From positions 1 to 46,699 of the forward strand of contig JAZGDW010000106.1 of the NCBI GenBank assembly GCA_036478295.1: a stretch of 46,699 bases of DNA. The letters run 5' to 3'. Of this stretch, positions 10,330 through 20,047 are shown piece after piece. This stretch comes from Candidatus Krumholzibacteriia bacterium (GTDB lineage: Bacteria; Krumholzibacteriota; Krumholzibacteriia; WVZY01). The position numbers and the translations under genes are program-made. Position 1 is the stretch's first letter. Every line of letters starts with the position of its first letter. Below the pieces are notes generated by a model, which saw only the letters and a program-made list of their open reading frames with translations, made no database searches and was not told the DNA's origin.

Positions 10330-11166
10330 TCATGCACCTCCGGGTTTTTCGATGGAGTGGGTTTCATCGAAGGGCTGAGAAATCGCTTTCTTGACATCGG
10401 TCAAGAAAGAACCGACGGCCGCGACTGCTTCCCGGTGGGAGGCCGCGGACTGAACCAGACGTATCAGCGCGCTACCGATGATGACCCCGTCGGCGACGCG
10501 CGCGGCCGCCCGGGCTTTTTCGATATCGGAAATGCCGAAGCCAACGTAGAGCGGCAGGTCGGTGTGTTCACGCACCCGGCCCACGAATCTTTCGAGGTCG
10601 CCCGCCGCCGGCGAGTGCACGCCGGTAACACCGGTGACCGATACGAGGTAGAGAAATCCGTCGGCGCGCTCCACGATGCGTCCGATGCGTTTATCGCTCG
10701 AGGTAGGGGCGATGAGGTCGATGTAGACCACGCCCTTTTCGGCGAAGACGGGCCGCACGGCGCCGGATTCCTCAACGGGCATGTCGGGAATAATCACCCC
10801 GGCAAGGTGAGCGTCGGCCGCGCGCACCGCGAAACGTTCGTTTCCCATGCGAAGAATGGGATTGTAATAGCTCATAAAAACGAGCGGCACGTCGATGTCG
10901 ACCGAGAGCAAGGTCGCGATTTCCAGGCTTTTCTTGAGAGACATGCCGCCGTCGAGGGCCTGCCTGGACGACTGTTGAATCAGGGGGCCATCGGCGATCG
11001 GGTCTGAAAACGGGATTCCAATCTCGATCACATCGCAGCCCGCATCGGCGGCGGCATGGACCAGCTGGATGAAGGTCTCCTCATCGGGGTACCCGGCTGT
11101 AAGAAACGCCACCAGCGCCTTTTCTCCCGAGCCTTTAAGCCTGCCGCTTGTGTCACGCAGGTTCAT
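10330..11166 (-). CDS. trpA: Tryptophan synthase alpha chain
   Basis: Motifs [41 protein letters not shown]. Confidence 0.97.
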   Translation of the reverse strand: MNLRDTSGRLKGSGEKALVAFLTAGYPDEETFIQLVHAAADAGCDVIEIGIPFSDPIADGPLIQQSSRQALDGGMSLKKSLEIATLLSVDIDVPLVFMSYYNPILRMGNERFAVRAADAHLAGVIIPDMPVEESGAVRPVFAEKGVVYIDLIAPTSSDKRIGRIVERADGFLYLVSVTGVTGVHSPAAGDLERFVGRVREHTDLPLYVGFGISDIEKARAAARVADGVIIGSALIRLVQSAASHREAVAAVGSFLTDVKKAISQPFDETHSIEKPGGA

Positions 11167-12325
11167 TTCTCACCTGCTCTATACTGTCCACGTCCTTGTC
11201 ACCGCGGCCCGACAGGTTAATGATGATAATCTCGTCCTTGTGGCCGTCTTCCGCGAGGTATTTCCTGGCAAATGCGATGGCGTGGCTCGATTCCAGGGCG
11301 GGAATGATGCCCTCGAGCCGCGATAGATCCTGAAAGGCCGCCACGGCTTCGTCGTCGCTTACCCGGGTATAGGTCACCCGCCCGGAGTCCTTGAGGTGGC
11401 TGTGTTCGGGGCCCACGCCGGGGTAATCGAGGCCGGCCGATATCGAATGGGCGGGCTGCACCTGGCCGTCCTCGTCCTGGAGCAGGTAGCTGTACGAGCC
11501 GTGCAGCACGCCGGGCGTACCCAGGCAAAGCGCCGCGGCGTGACCGTCGCTCGAGCCGCCCGCTTCGACGCCGAACATCTTGATCGACGGATCGCACAAG
11601 AAGCGGTGAAAGAGCCCCAACGCGTTCGAGCCGCCGCCGACGCAGGCGATCAAGCAGTCGGGAGCGCGGCCTTCGACCTGCAGGATCTGCTGCGCGGTTT
11701 CTTCGCCGATGATCGACTGAAAGTCGCGCACGATCTCCGGATACGGGTGCGGGCCAACGGTCGAGCCGATGATGTAGTGTGTGGTGTCGACCCGGGTGAC
11801 CCAGTCACGGATGGCTTCGTTGGTGGCGTCCTTGAGGGTACGACTCCCCGTGCTCACCGGAATCACTTCGGCACCGAGGAGATTCATGCGGACCACGTTG
11901 GGTCTCTGACGGGCCATGTCCACTTCGCCCATATAAACGGTGCAATCCATGTTGAAGAGCGCGGCCACGGTCGCCGTCGCCACCCCGTGTTGGCCGGCGC
12001 CGGTTTCGGCGACGATTCGCGTCTTGCCCATGCGTTTTGTCAGCAGCGCCTGGCCGAGACAGTTGTTTATCTTGTGTGCCCCCGTATGGTTCAGGTCCTC
12101 GCGCTTGAGGTAGATGCGCGACGCGCCGTACGCCTCCCCCAGGCGGTCCGCGCGGTAGAGCGGCGTGGGACGGCCCGAATAATTGACGAGCAGTTTTTGC
12201 AGCTCTGAGCGGAAACGCGGGTCGTCCTTGGCGCGGCGGTATGCCGCTTCGAGTTCGACCAGACACGGCATTAACGTTTCCGGGACGTACTGCCCGCCGA
12301 ATGTACCGAAACGTCCGTTGCTCAT
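11153..12325 (-). CDS. trpB: Tryptophan synthase beta chain
   Basis: Motifs [15 protein letters not shown] (PLP lysine), [34 protein letters not shown]. Start moved to ATG 12325. Confidence 0.97.
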   Translation of the reverse strand: MSNGRFGTFGGQYVPETLMPCLVELEAAYRRAKDDPRFRSELQKLLVNYSGRPTPLYRADRLGEAYGASRIYLKREDLNHTGAHKINNCLGQALLTKRMGKTRIVAETGAGQHGVATATVAALFNMDCTVYMGEVDMARQRPNVVRMNLLGAEVIPVSTGSRTLKDATNEAIRDWVTRVDTTHYIIGSTVGPHPYPEIVRDFQSIIGEETAQQILQVEGRAPDCLIACVGGGSNALGLFHRFLCDPSIKMFGVEAGGSSDGHAAALCLGTPGVLHGSYSYLLQDEDGQVQPAHSISAGLDYPGVGPEHSHLKDSGRVTYTRVSDDEAVAAFQDLSRLEGIIPALESSHAIAFARKYLAEDGHKDEIIIINLSGRGDKDVDSIEQVRNEPA

Positions 12326-12963
12326 CGTCTCACCGCCTTGATAAACCGGCTGAGCGCCGCGGGGTCCTTGACACCGGGAGATTCCTCGACCCCGCGTACC
12401 ACGTCGATTGCGTAGGGCTCGACGTGCCGCACCGCTTGCGAGACGTTGGATTCGTCGAGCCCGCCGGCGAGAAAAATCCGGTATCCCAGGCGCCGCAGGG
12501 TGGCGGCCCGTTGCCACAGATCGTCGTGTGCCCCTTGTCTCTTGTCCTGTTCTCTTGCGCGGTCTTCCTTGTCGAGGTCGAAAAGGAAGTAGCTGGTACG
12601 TTTGTACTGTTTCAAACGGTCGGCTCCGGCAAGCTGGCTCGCGCTGAACACCTTGATGATCGGCAGGGACATTTGCGCGTGCAGGGCATCGCAGTAGTCC
12701 GGCGATTCCTTGCCGTGCAGTTGCACCAGGTCCAGACGGCACGTCCGCGCCGTGGCGGCCACCTCGTCGACCGGTGCGTCGACGAAAACCCCGACGAGCA
12801 TCGCGTTGGGGACGGCCTTGCGGATGTTCCTGGCGGCCTCCACCGTGACACGTCGTGGGCTCCTGGCAAAAATGAGACCCAGATAATCCACTCCGTGGGA
12901 CGATGCGAGTTTCGCATCCGCCGGTGAGGTGATGCCGCATACCTTGATTCGTGTGTCCCCCAT
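12322..12963 (-). CDS. trpF: Phosphoribosylanthranilate isomerase
   Basis: Motifs [34 protein letters not shown]. Confidence 0.95.
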   Translation of the reverse strand: MGDTRIKVCGITSPADAKLASSHGVDYLGLIFARSPRRVTVEAARNIRKAVPNAMLVGVFVDAPVDEVAATARTCRLDLVQLHGKESPDYCDALHAQMSLPIIKVFSASQLAGADRLKQYKRTSYFLFDLDKEDRAREQDKRQGAHDDLWQRAATLRRLGYRIFLAGGLDESNVSQAVRHVEPYAIDVVRGVEESPGVKDPAALSRFIKAVRR

Positions 12964-12985
12964 GTCGCTTGCCTTTCCGTTGGCT

Positions 12986-13804
12986 CTACGTGATATCCAG
13001 ATCGATTAATCCGCGGCCGGGTTCCCCGCCGAGGAGCGCGCGCAGCAGTGCCCCCGGGTCGGCCGACTCCAGCAGCGCGCCACCGATGAGAAACGCACCC
13101 ACGCCGAGCGCGGAAAGCGATTCGATGTGCTCGCGCTGGCGGATACCGCTTTCCGACACGACGAGCGCCTCGTCCGGTATGAAACCGATGAGGTCTCGCG
13201 TCGTATCCAGGGACACTTTTAGCGAGTGCAGGTCGCGGTTGTTTATGCCGATGATCGCCGCGCCCGCCTCCAGTGCTTTGCCGACGTCTTCTTTGGAATG
13301 GATTTCGACCAGCGCGTCCATGCCGAGTGAATGCGTCAGCTCGACGAATGACGCGAGCTCCTCCACCTGCAGGATGCAGCTGATGAGGAGTACGGCATCG
13401 GCCCCTGCCGAGCGCGCTTCCAGGATTTGATACGGATCGATTACAAAGTCTTTGACCAGGATCGGCAGCCGGACCTGGTCTCGGATGCGCCGGGCGTCCG
13501 CGAGGGAAGTGCCGAAGTTCACTTCGTCGGTGACGACCGATATGGCCGCCGCGCCGTTTCGCTCGTAGAGCCGCGCCAGCAGGTCCGGCTGCGTGGTCTG
13601 CCGGAATGACGCCACTTTGGGCGAACGTTTTTTGACCTCGGCGATGATGCGCTCGCAGCCGTCCGCCGTTCGGGAGAGAGCGCCTCTGAAGTCCCGCGGC
13701 GGCGTCTCGGCTGTGCGGCCTTCAAGATCACTTCCCGGGACCACGGATTTCTTGTGCGCGATCTCCGCTTGTTTTTGTTTTATGACCTGTTCGAGAAAAC
13801 TCAC
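12986..13804 (-). CDS. trpC: Indole-3-glycerol phosphate synthase
   Basis: Motifs IAEVKKRSP, ISVVTD, KDFVIDPYQI, GINNRDL, VSESGI. Confidence 0.96.
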   Translation of the reverse strand: MSFLEQVIKQKQAEIAHKKSVVPGSDLEGRTAETPPRDFRGALSRTADGCERIIAEVKKRSPKVASFRQTTQPDLLARLYERNGAAAISVVTDEVNFGTSLADARRIRDQVRLPILVKDFVIDPYQILEARSAGADAVLLISCILQVEELASFVELTHSLGMDALVEIHSKEDVGKALEAGAAIIGINNRDLHSLKVSLDTTRDLIGFIPDEALVVSESGIRQREHIESLSALGVGAFLIGGALLESADPGALLRALLGGEPGRGLIDLDIT

Positions 13805-13820
13805 CTGCGTCTCCCTATTC

Positions 13821-14870
13821 TTAACCCGTTTTTCCCAGGCTGTGCGACGCTTCGCGGAGCGTCCCCAGGCGGTCCAGGGCGGCCCCCGAGTCGATGGTCG
13901 CGCGCGCCAGGTCGGCGCCCTCAGCCAGGCTGCCCGCCTTGTCCGCCAGCACGGCCGCGAAAGCGGCGTTCAATACGACCGCATCCCGCCGCGGCCCGTT
14001 CTTGCCTTGTAGCACGGCCAGCAAATGCCCGGCGTTCTCCTCGGCGTCCCCGCCGCTGAGGGCAGAAATGTCGGCACGCTCGACACCAGCGTCTTCCGGG
14101 GTGATCGTCGTCGTGCGCACCGCGCCGTTCTCCAGCAGGCTCACGGCTGTTTCGCCGCTGAGCGACGCTTCATCGGTGCCGTCCAGCCCGTGTACCACAA
14201 AAACTTTCTCGGACCCGAGCGCCTGCAAGACCCGCGCGACTACCTCGGTCAGGTCGCGGCGGAACACACCGATAAGTTGGCGTTTCACGCCGGCCGGGTT
14301 GACCATCGGCCCCAGCAGGTTGAAAACGGTTCGCGTGCCCAGTTCCTTTCGTACGGGGGCGACGTGTTTCATCGCCGGATGGTGATGGGGCGCGAAAAGG
14401 AAACCGAGACCCACGCGGTCGATCAGCTCGGTCACGGCGTCGGGGCTGAGGTCGAGGTTGATACCGAGCGCTTCGAGTACGTCCGTGCTCCCGCACCGCG
14501 ACGAGACGGCGCGGTTACCATGCTTGGCCACCGGGATGCCCATTCCCGCCGCCACAAACGCCGTGGTCGTGGAAATGTTGAACGTATGGCGCGCGTCGCC
14601 GCCCGTACCACAGGTGTCGATGACACCCTCGCTCCGCGGCGTGATGCGCACGGCTTTTTCCCGCATGGCGGAAACAAAGCCGGTAATCTCGTCGATGGTC
14701 TCGCCCTTCATGCGCAGCGCGGTGAGAATGGCCGCCGCACGCACGGCGCTCAGCTCACCCGACATGATCGAGTTCATGAGTCCGGCCGCGTCATCGCGCG
14801 TCAGGTCCTGTCCGGCGATCAACTGGTTCAAGACTGCTTTGGTGTCCATATTGCGAACCTGCTCTTTCAT
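13821..14870 (-). CDS. trpD: Anthranilate phosphoribosyltransferase
   Basis: Motifs DTCGTGGD, FNIST, KHGNRAVSS, RTVFNLLGP. An alternative ATG lies at 14849. Confidence 0.96.
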   Translation of the reverse strand: MKEQVRNMDTKAVLNQLIAGQDLTRDDAAGLMNSIMSGELSAVRAAAILTALRMKGETIDEITGFVSAMREKAVRITPRSEGVIDTCGTGGDARHTFNISTTTAFVAAGMGIPVAKHGNRAVSSRCGSTDVLEALGINLDLSPDAVTELIDRVGLGFLFAPHHHPAMKHVAPVRKELGTRTVFNLLGPMVNPAGVKRQLIGVFRRDLTEVVARVLQALGSEKVFVVHGLDGTDEASLSGETAVSLLENGAVRTTTITPEDAGVERADISALSGGDAEENAGHLLAVLQGKNGPRRDAVVLNAAFAAVLADKAGSLAEGADLARATIDSGAALDRLGTLREASHSLGKTG

Positions 14871-14874
14871 ATTT

Positions 14875-15477
14875 CTACGGTGACTTCTCGCGCGCTTTGC
14901 CCGGTGTCGAAACCGTCGTCTGGATAAAATTCGCCAGCAGCCTGTTGCCTTCCGGGGTCAGAATCGACTCGGGATGAAACTGGACGCCTTCGACCGGCCG
15001 TCCCTTGAGCCGCACTCCCATGATCTCGCCGTCCGAGGTGTAGGACGATACCTCGAGCACCTCGGGCAGCTGGTGCTCGCGCGCGATCAGCGAGTGGTAC
15101 CGGGTCGCCGGAAAAGGATTGGACAACCCCTCGTAGAGCGTGCGGCTGTCGTGGTAGATCTTGGATACTTTTCCGTGCATGACGCGGTCGGCGCGATCGA
15201 TCGGTCCACCGAAGGCGGCGACGATGCACTGGTGACCGAGACAGATGCCGAGGATCGGTGTCGTCTCGTAGAAACTACGGATCAGCTCTATCGATACGCC
15301 CGCGTCCTCCGGGCGACCGGGACCCGGCGAGATGATGATGGAATGCGGCTCGAGCGATCTCGCCCGTTCGACGTCGATGGCATCATTACGGAACACCTCG
15401 AACGTTTCTCCCAACTCGCCCAGCGCCTGCGCGATGTTGTAGGTAAACGAATCGTAGTTGTCGATCAAGAGGTGCAC
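14875..15477 (-). CDS. trpG: Anthranilate synthase component II (glutamine amidotransferase)
   Basis: Motifs IDNYDSFTYN, SPGPG, GICLGHQ, RYHSL, QFHPES. Confidence 0.96.
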   Translation of the reverse strand: MHLLIDNYDSFTYNIAQALGELGETFEVFRNDAIDVERARSLEPHSIIISPGPGRPEDAGVSIELIRSFYETTPILGICLGHQCIVAAFGGPIDRADRVMHGKVSKIYHDSRTLYEGLSNPFPATRYHSLIAREHQLPEVLEVSSYTSDGEIMGVRLKGRPVEGVQFHPESILTPEGNRLLANFIQTTVSTPGKAREKSP

Positions 15478-15479
15478 GG

Positions 15480-16955
15480 CTACAGTCCTTTCTCGGCGAT
15501 CACAACCGCTTTGCGGAGCGCCTGTATCTTGTCCAGAGTTTCATGGAACTCCGCGGCCGGGTCCGAATCGGCGACGATGCCGGCGCCGCCCTGCACGTAG
15601 TAGCGGTCACCGATCATGACGATGGTACGAATGGTGATGCACAAGTCCACGTCGCCCTGCGGTCCGAAGTAACCGACGGCGCCGCCGTACGGTCCGCGCT
15701 TTTCGGCCTCCAGTTCGCTGATGATTTCCATGGCGCGGATCTTGGGAGCCCCGCTCAATGTGCCGGCGGGAAACGCCGCCCGCACCAGGTCGAAGCCGTC
15801 GAGGCCGGGGTTGAGTTTGCCGGTGATGCGCGAGACGAGGTGCATGACGTGCGAGTATTTTTCGACCTGCATGAGCGATTCCGTCACCACACTTCCCATT
15901 TCACAAACACGGCCAAGGTCGTTGCGCCCCAGGTCCACCAGCATGACGTGCTCGGCACGTTCCTTCTCGCTGGTAATGAGTTCCTTCTCTAGCGCCTCAT
16001 CTTCGGCGGTGTTCTCGCCACGCGGTCGCGTGCCGGCAATCGGATTGAGCGTCGCGCGGTCTTTCTCGAGCTTGACCAGAACCTCGGGCGACGATCCGAT
16101 CAATTGGAATTCTCCGAAGTCGACAAAGAACATGTAGGGCGACGGGTTTAGAATGCGAAGCGCCCGGTAGATCTGGAAGGGCGTCGTCGTGGTTCGGCCT
16201 TCGATCCGCTGGGAGAGAACAATCTGAAATGCGTCCCCGGAGAGGATGTATTCCTTGGCGTTCTCCACGATACTCTTGAAGTTGTCCTCGGTCATGTTGG
16301 AGGATTCGGTCGTCGCGGACGATGCGGCGCCGCTCGAGCCGTTGCGAATCTCCAGGGGAGACGCGAGCGCCTGGTAGATTGTGTCCGCCTGCGCTTTGGC
16401 GGCGTTGTATGCCGCTTCTGCGTCCTCGCCCTCCGGTAGCGCCACGATCTCGATCTCACTCTTTACGTGGTCGAAGATGACGACCGCCGAGGGAACGAGA
16501 AAGTAGTAGTCGGGAAGTCCCAGCGCGTTGCGTTCCGGTTCGGGTAGCTTCTCGAAATACCGGGCCAGGTCGTACGACAGGTAACCCACGGCACCGCCGA
16601 TCGGGCCGGGGATGTCTTCGGAATGCACTATGGGGGAGCGCCTGAGTTCCTCACGTAGAATGGAGAGGGGATCCCTGTCACCCAGGGCGAACTCCGTGCT
16701 CTGGGTACCTCTCTTGACCGCTACCGTACCGCCCTGCAACTTGATGGTTGCGATGGGGGAGATGCCGATAAACGAGTAGCGGCCGACCTGAATCCCTCTC
16801 TCCACACTTTCCAGGAGGAATATCGCCCCGTCCTTCTTCAGCTTCAGGAAGACGGAGACGGGGGTCTCCAGATCCGCCGGGATGCGGCGACGCAGCGGCG
16901 GATACGTGCCTTCTTCAGACAGTGTCAAGAACTCCTGCAACGATGGGGTCAGCAT
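15480..16955 (-). CDS. trpE: Anthranilate synthase component I
   Basis: Motifs LLES, NPSPYMF, PIAGTRPRG, EHVMLVDLGRND, FPAGTLSGAPK. GGAGG RBS. Confidence 0.96.
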   Translation of the reverse strand: MLTPSLQEFLTLSEEGTYPPLRRRIPADLETPVSVFLKLKKDGAIFLLESVERGIQVGRYSFIGISPIATIKLQGGTVAVKRGTQSTEFALGDRDPLSILREELRRSPIVHSEDIPGPIGGAVGYLSYDLARYFEKLPEPERNALGLPDYYFLVPSAVVIFDHVKSEIEIVALPEGEDAEAAYNAAKAQADTIYQALASPLEIRNGSSGAASSATTESSNMTEDNFKSIVENAKEYILSGDAFQIVLSQRIEGRTTTTPFQIYRALRILNPSPYMFFVDFGEFQLIGSSPEVLVKLEKDRATLNPIAGTRPRGENTAEDEALEKELITSEKERAEHVMLVDLGRNDLGRVCEMGSVVTESLMQVEKYSHVMHLVSRITGKLNPGLDGFDLVRAAFPAGTLSGAPKIRAMEIISELEAEKRGPYGGAVGYFGPQGDVDLCITIRTIVMIGDRYYVQGGAGIVADSDPAAEFHETLDKIQALRKAVVIAEKGL

Positions 16956-16975
16956 TGACGATTCCTCCGGACTTC

Positions 16976-17015
16976 AAAAAAACAAAAAAACCCACTTCCT
17001 TCTCCGGAAGTGGGT
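16976..17015 (-). terminator. Attenuator terminator hairpin upstream of trpE
   Basis: Minus strand reads ACCCACTTCC-GGAGAA-GGAAGTGGGT, followed by a long T-rich tract. Confidence 0.92.
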
Positions 17016-17046
17016 CGCAGACCGTTGCGATGTTGTCTTTTTTCGA

Positions 17047-17136
17047 TCAGCGGTTGCCAGAAGGCGCTTTCCCACACTCCGGGGTGGATGTCATATAGTG
17101 CCACCACCAATAAAAATTGGAGCGCGGATAAACCAT
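17047..17136 (-). CDS. trpL: trp/aromatic operon leader peptide
   Basis: MVYPRSNFYWWWHYMTSTPECGKAPSGNR* has three tandem Trp codons and lies just upstream of the terminator. An alternative in-frame ATG is at 17160. Confidence 0.88.
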   Translation of the reverse strand: MVYPRSNFYWWWHYMTSTPECGKAPSGNR

Positions 17137-17169
17137 CGATTCTGACAGACTCTTCTTCATTTCAAACCT

Positions 17170-17183
17170 TTGATATGTATCAA
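17170..17183. promoter_or_regulatory. Palindromic TTGAT-N4-ATCAA site (FNR/Crp-family-like) over the predicted transcription start
   Basis: Sequence TTGATATGTATCAA, a 6-2-6 perfect inverted repeat. Confidence 0.5.
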
Positions 17184-17211
17184 GTGTAAGCGATCCGGCC
17201 TGCGGTGTCAA
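17183..17211 (-). promoter_or_regulatory. Sigma70-type promoter of the trp/aro operon
   Basis: TTGACA-17 nt-TACACT on the minus strand, directly upstream of the leader. Confidence 0.85.
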
Positions 17212-17451
17212 CCCCCAAACTATCGGTGCCGCTGTGGAGCTCTTCGGCCGCCGCGGCCGAGCAGCCTGCCGCGCTCCCGCCAAATGGGTACGTCATCGCC
17301 GCGACGGACCACCACGGGTCCGCTGTTCACGACATAATTTCGTTGCGAATCGCTACTCTATATTATAGGATAGGATACCAAGTAACAGTTTTCACTTGTC
17401 CATATCTATATAAAACACAGGTATTTATCTGTATTTCACAGGGAGGCGATT

Positions 17452-18648
17452 GTGGGCGTAATTGAAGAAGCCAAGGAACATTTTGCCGGTGTCGTTCGCG
17501 AGCAGCTCGAGCGAATCGAGCGCATGAAGACGGAGGACGAGTGGATCGATTTCGGTCAGCTGGATGCGATAAAGATCGGGATTCTCGGGGGCGACGGGAT
17601 CGGCCCATACATCGCCGAACACGCGCAGCGTGTGTTGGAGTTTCTGCTGGAGAAGGAACTACGGGAAGGCCAGGTGGTTTTCAAGGTCATCGATGGGCTG
17701 ACGATTGAGAACCGTGCCGCCAAGGACCAGTCGGTCCCGGATGACGTCCTCGAAGAGATCAAGACCCATCACATCCTTCTCAAGGGCCCGACGACCACGC
17801 CACGCAAGGGTGACCCGTGGCCCAATATTGAATCGTGCAATGTATCGCTGCGCCGGTACCTCGACCTTTTTGCCAACGTGCGGCCGGTGAAAGTGCCAAG
17901 TGAGGGAATCGACTGGATGTTTTTCCGGGAAAACACCGAGGGCGCCTACGTCCTGGGTAGCTCGGGCACAAACGTGACCGACGATCTCGCGATCGACTTT
18001 ACCGTGACGACGACGCAGGGTACGCAGCGCATCGTGCGGCTGGCCTTCGAGTATGCCAAGAAGAACGGGATCAAGCGCGTGACCGCTGTGACCAAAGCCA
18101 ACGTCGTCAAGACCACAGACGGAAAGTTCCTCAGTATCGCGCAGGAGATCGCCACAGAGTACCCGGAGATCGAGTTCGACGACTGGTACATCGATATCAT
18201 GACGGCCAAACTCGTGGATACCAAGCGGCGCGCTGATTTCAAGGTCATGGTGCTGCCGAATCTATACGGTGACATCTTGACCGACGAGGCGGCCGAGTTT
18301 CAGGGGGGTGTAGGCACGGCGGGCAGCGCGAACATCGGCAAGCGCTACTCGATGTTCGAGGCGATTCACGGCTCGGCGCCGCGCATGGTCAAGGAAGGCC
18401 GCGAGCAGTACGCCGATCCGTCGAGCATGATCCGCGCGAGCGCGATGCTGCTGCGCCACATCGGCCGGGATGAGGCTGCCGGCCGTCTGGAAATGGCGTT
18501 GGACATCTGTGGCAACTACGAGAAGAAGCTGGTGATGACGGGGCGCAAGACGGGTGCGCGCGCGGGTGACTACGTCGACTACCTGATGGACACGATGAAG
18601 GACAGCTCGCTTGAGAAGCGGTGGAAGGAGTTCCAGCAGGGCGTGTGA
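17452..18648 (+). CDS. Isocitrate/isopropylmalate dehydrogenase family protein (probably isocitrate-type)
   Basis: Motifs GDGIGP, KGPTTTP, SCNVSLRRYLDLFANVRP (S-x-N-V as in IDH), RENTEG, NLYGDILTD, FEAIHGSAP. GGAGG RBS before GTG. Confidence 0.9.
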   Translation: MGVIEEAKEHFAGVVREQLERIERMKTEDEWIDFGQLDAIKIGILGGDGIGPYIAEHAQRVLEFLLEKELREGQVVFKVIDGLTIENRAAKDQSVPDDVLEEIKTHHILLKGPTTTPRKGDPWPNIESCNVSLRRYLDLFANVRPVKVPSEGIDWMFFRENTEGAYVLGSSGTNVTDDLAIDFTVTTTQGTQRIVRLAFEYAKKNGIKRVTAVTKANVVKTTDGKFLSIAQEIATEYPEIEFDDWYIDIMTAKLVDTKRRADFKVMVLPNLYGDILTDEAAEFQGGVGTAGSANIGKRYSMFEAIHGSAPRMVKEGREQYADPSSMIRASAMLLRHIGRDEAAGRLEMALDICGNYEKKLVMTGRKTGARAGDYVDYLMDTMKDSSLEKRWKEFQQGV

Positions 18649-18770
18649 GGCTGGCTTCGGGGTTTGTCTTCGGGCGGCACCCCGCGAAGGGGGTGGTGCA
18701 GGATAGCCGATCACTCTTAAAATTTGATTTTTGTCAAGTTTGCGCCCAGCTGCGCCAAACCGGCAAAAGC

Positions 18771-18799
18771 TTCACAAAGTAGGCTGAAAAGGTTATGCT
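18771..18799 (+). promoter_or_regulatory. Putative sigma70 promoter
   Basis: TTCACA-17 nt-TATGCT upstream of the ORF at 18827. Confidence 0.55.
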
Positions 18800-18826
18800 T
18801 ATGAATGAACAGGAGCTCTGATAGGT

Positions 18827-19129
18827 ATGTCTGATTTGAACTGGTACGCCTGCGTGTACGAAGGCGAGTCACGCGTGATCTATGGTCGCGCACCGGTGGG
18901 TGAGCCCGAAGACATCGTAGAAGACATCAAGCAAAGCCTGCTTTTCCACGACCTGATCGGTCTGCAGTCCAGGCTGTTCTTGAGATCAAGCCGGTTTCAA
19001 CCCGGCGCCGTCCTCGAATACTGCGAGAAAAAGGCGGACAAGAACCAGGGTGACTATCGGGAGTTCAAGGTCGTCAAGCTCGACCTGAGAGGGACACCCA
19101 ACGAACCGGCCCCACGCTCGAAGGATTGA
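18827..19129 (+). CDS. Hypothetical protein (100 aa)
   Basis: Fills an intergenic gap, has a candidate promoter and AGGAG/AGG upstream. No family recognised. Confidence 0.65.
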   Translation: MSDLNWYACVYEGESRVIYGRAPVGEPEDIVEDIKQSLLFHDLIGLQSRLFLRSSRFQPGAVLEYCEKKADKNQGDYREFKVVKLDLRGTPNEPAPRSKD

Positions 19130-19218
19130 CACGCGGAACGCGTCCAGCACAGAACCCTGAAGCAACCCGGGCGAGGCACGCCGTTTCCGGGGAGTTCGAC
19201 CCATCTCACCGCATCGGC

Positions 19219-19872
19219 CTAATCCACTAACCGATCCAGGCGCGGGTGTTCGGTCTTGATCATCTCGCGCTGCTCGTCGCTCAGGACCTTCTTCGCTTCG
19301 AACCAGTGAGCGATTCGCGCTTGCTGGAGATCGACCCGCTTTTTTGCCACCAGGTTTAGCTGTCTGCGGATGCGCGTCATGTCCTCGGTGCCGCTCTGCA
19401 TCAGGTGCTCGAGTTCCAGCTGTTCCTTCTGCAGTTTGGCGCGAAGGTCGATCATCCTTTTCTTCGTTTGATAAGCGAGCTCGTTGAGGTGTGACACCTG
19501 GTCCCCGGTGAGCTCGAGTACCTGGGCACGTCGCAACAGGCGATCGGCCGCAATGCCGCCTCGCTCTTTTCGGTGCCGCCGGGCCTTCTCATACGCCTTG
19601 CCCGCCTGCGGCATCAGCATCGGCCGGTGGTTTTTTTCCTTGTAATGCCGTTTCGGAAACGGGTAGTTGCTCTGGCACTGATGGCAGTACCAGTTGCCAT
19701 CTATGTCGGGCGGCTCAATATCCGGACGCGCGGGACTGACCCCGGGCGGCACTGGGGGTTTGTCCTTCTGCTGCAACGTCTCCGGTGCGACGCTCGCCCT
19801 CGTCACGTCCGTGTACGCTATTCCCACAAGCATGACCACAACCAGACCGGATACTACGGATCTGATATTCAT
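19219..19872 (-). CDS. Spy/CpxP-like periplasmic helical protein
   Basis: Signal-peptide-like N-terminus, LELTGDQ and VLSDEQR (LTxxQ-type motifs), coiled-coil core. GAGGAG RBS before ATG 19872. Confidence 0.75.
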   Translation of the reverse strand: MNIRSVVSGLVVVMLVGIAYTDVTRASVAPETLQQKDKPPVPPGVSPARPDIEPPDIDGNWYCHQCQSNYPFPKRHYKEKNHRPMLMPQAGKAYEKARRHRKERGGIAADRLLRRAQVLELTGDQVSHLNELAYQTKKRMIDLRAKLQKEQLELEHLMQSGTEDMTRIRRQLNLVAKKRVDLQQARIAHWFEAKKVLSDEQREMIKTEHPRLDRLVD

Positions 19873-20047
19873 ATCTCCTCCACAAGGGGCGGTGTTTGTG
19901 TGCCCAGGCCGGGGCACACTCGTTTATACATTCACGCGAAACATGAGGTTCCGCGTCTGCGATCGAGTCGCGCGCACGGGGGCGGCGACTTCGAATCCTG
20001 ACTCGCTACACAGCCGGACGCGCACGCCGATTCGAGAAGTGTAGCGA

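Noticed and set aside
9742..11007. Long antisense ORFs (also 20075-21355, 25587-26657, 28076-29161, 43770-44813)
   Set aside because: Expected stop-poor shadows of GC-rich genes, with no recognisable domains.
6633..12940. Long N-terminal extensions on aroA, tyrA, aroF and trpB in the ORF track
   Set aside because: They overlap the upstream genes in other frames. The true starts are supported by RBS or overlap signals and by where homology begins.
19670..19700. Possible c-type heme motif in the Spy-like protein
   Set aside because: The sequence is CHQCQ, not CxxCH.
19960..20047. Hairpins downstream of the S9 peptidase (TCGCTACAC/GTGTAGCGA)
   Set aside because: Most simply a 3' stabilising or terminating structure, with no further support.
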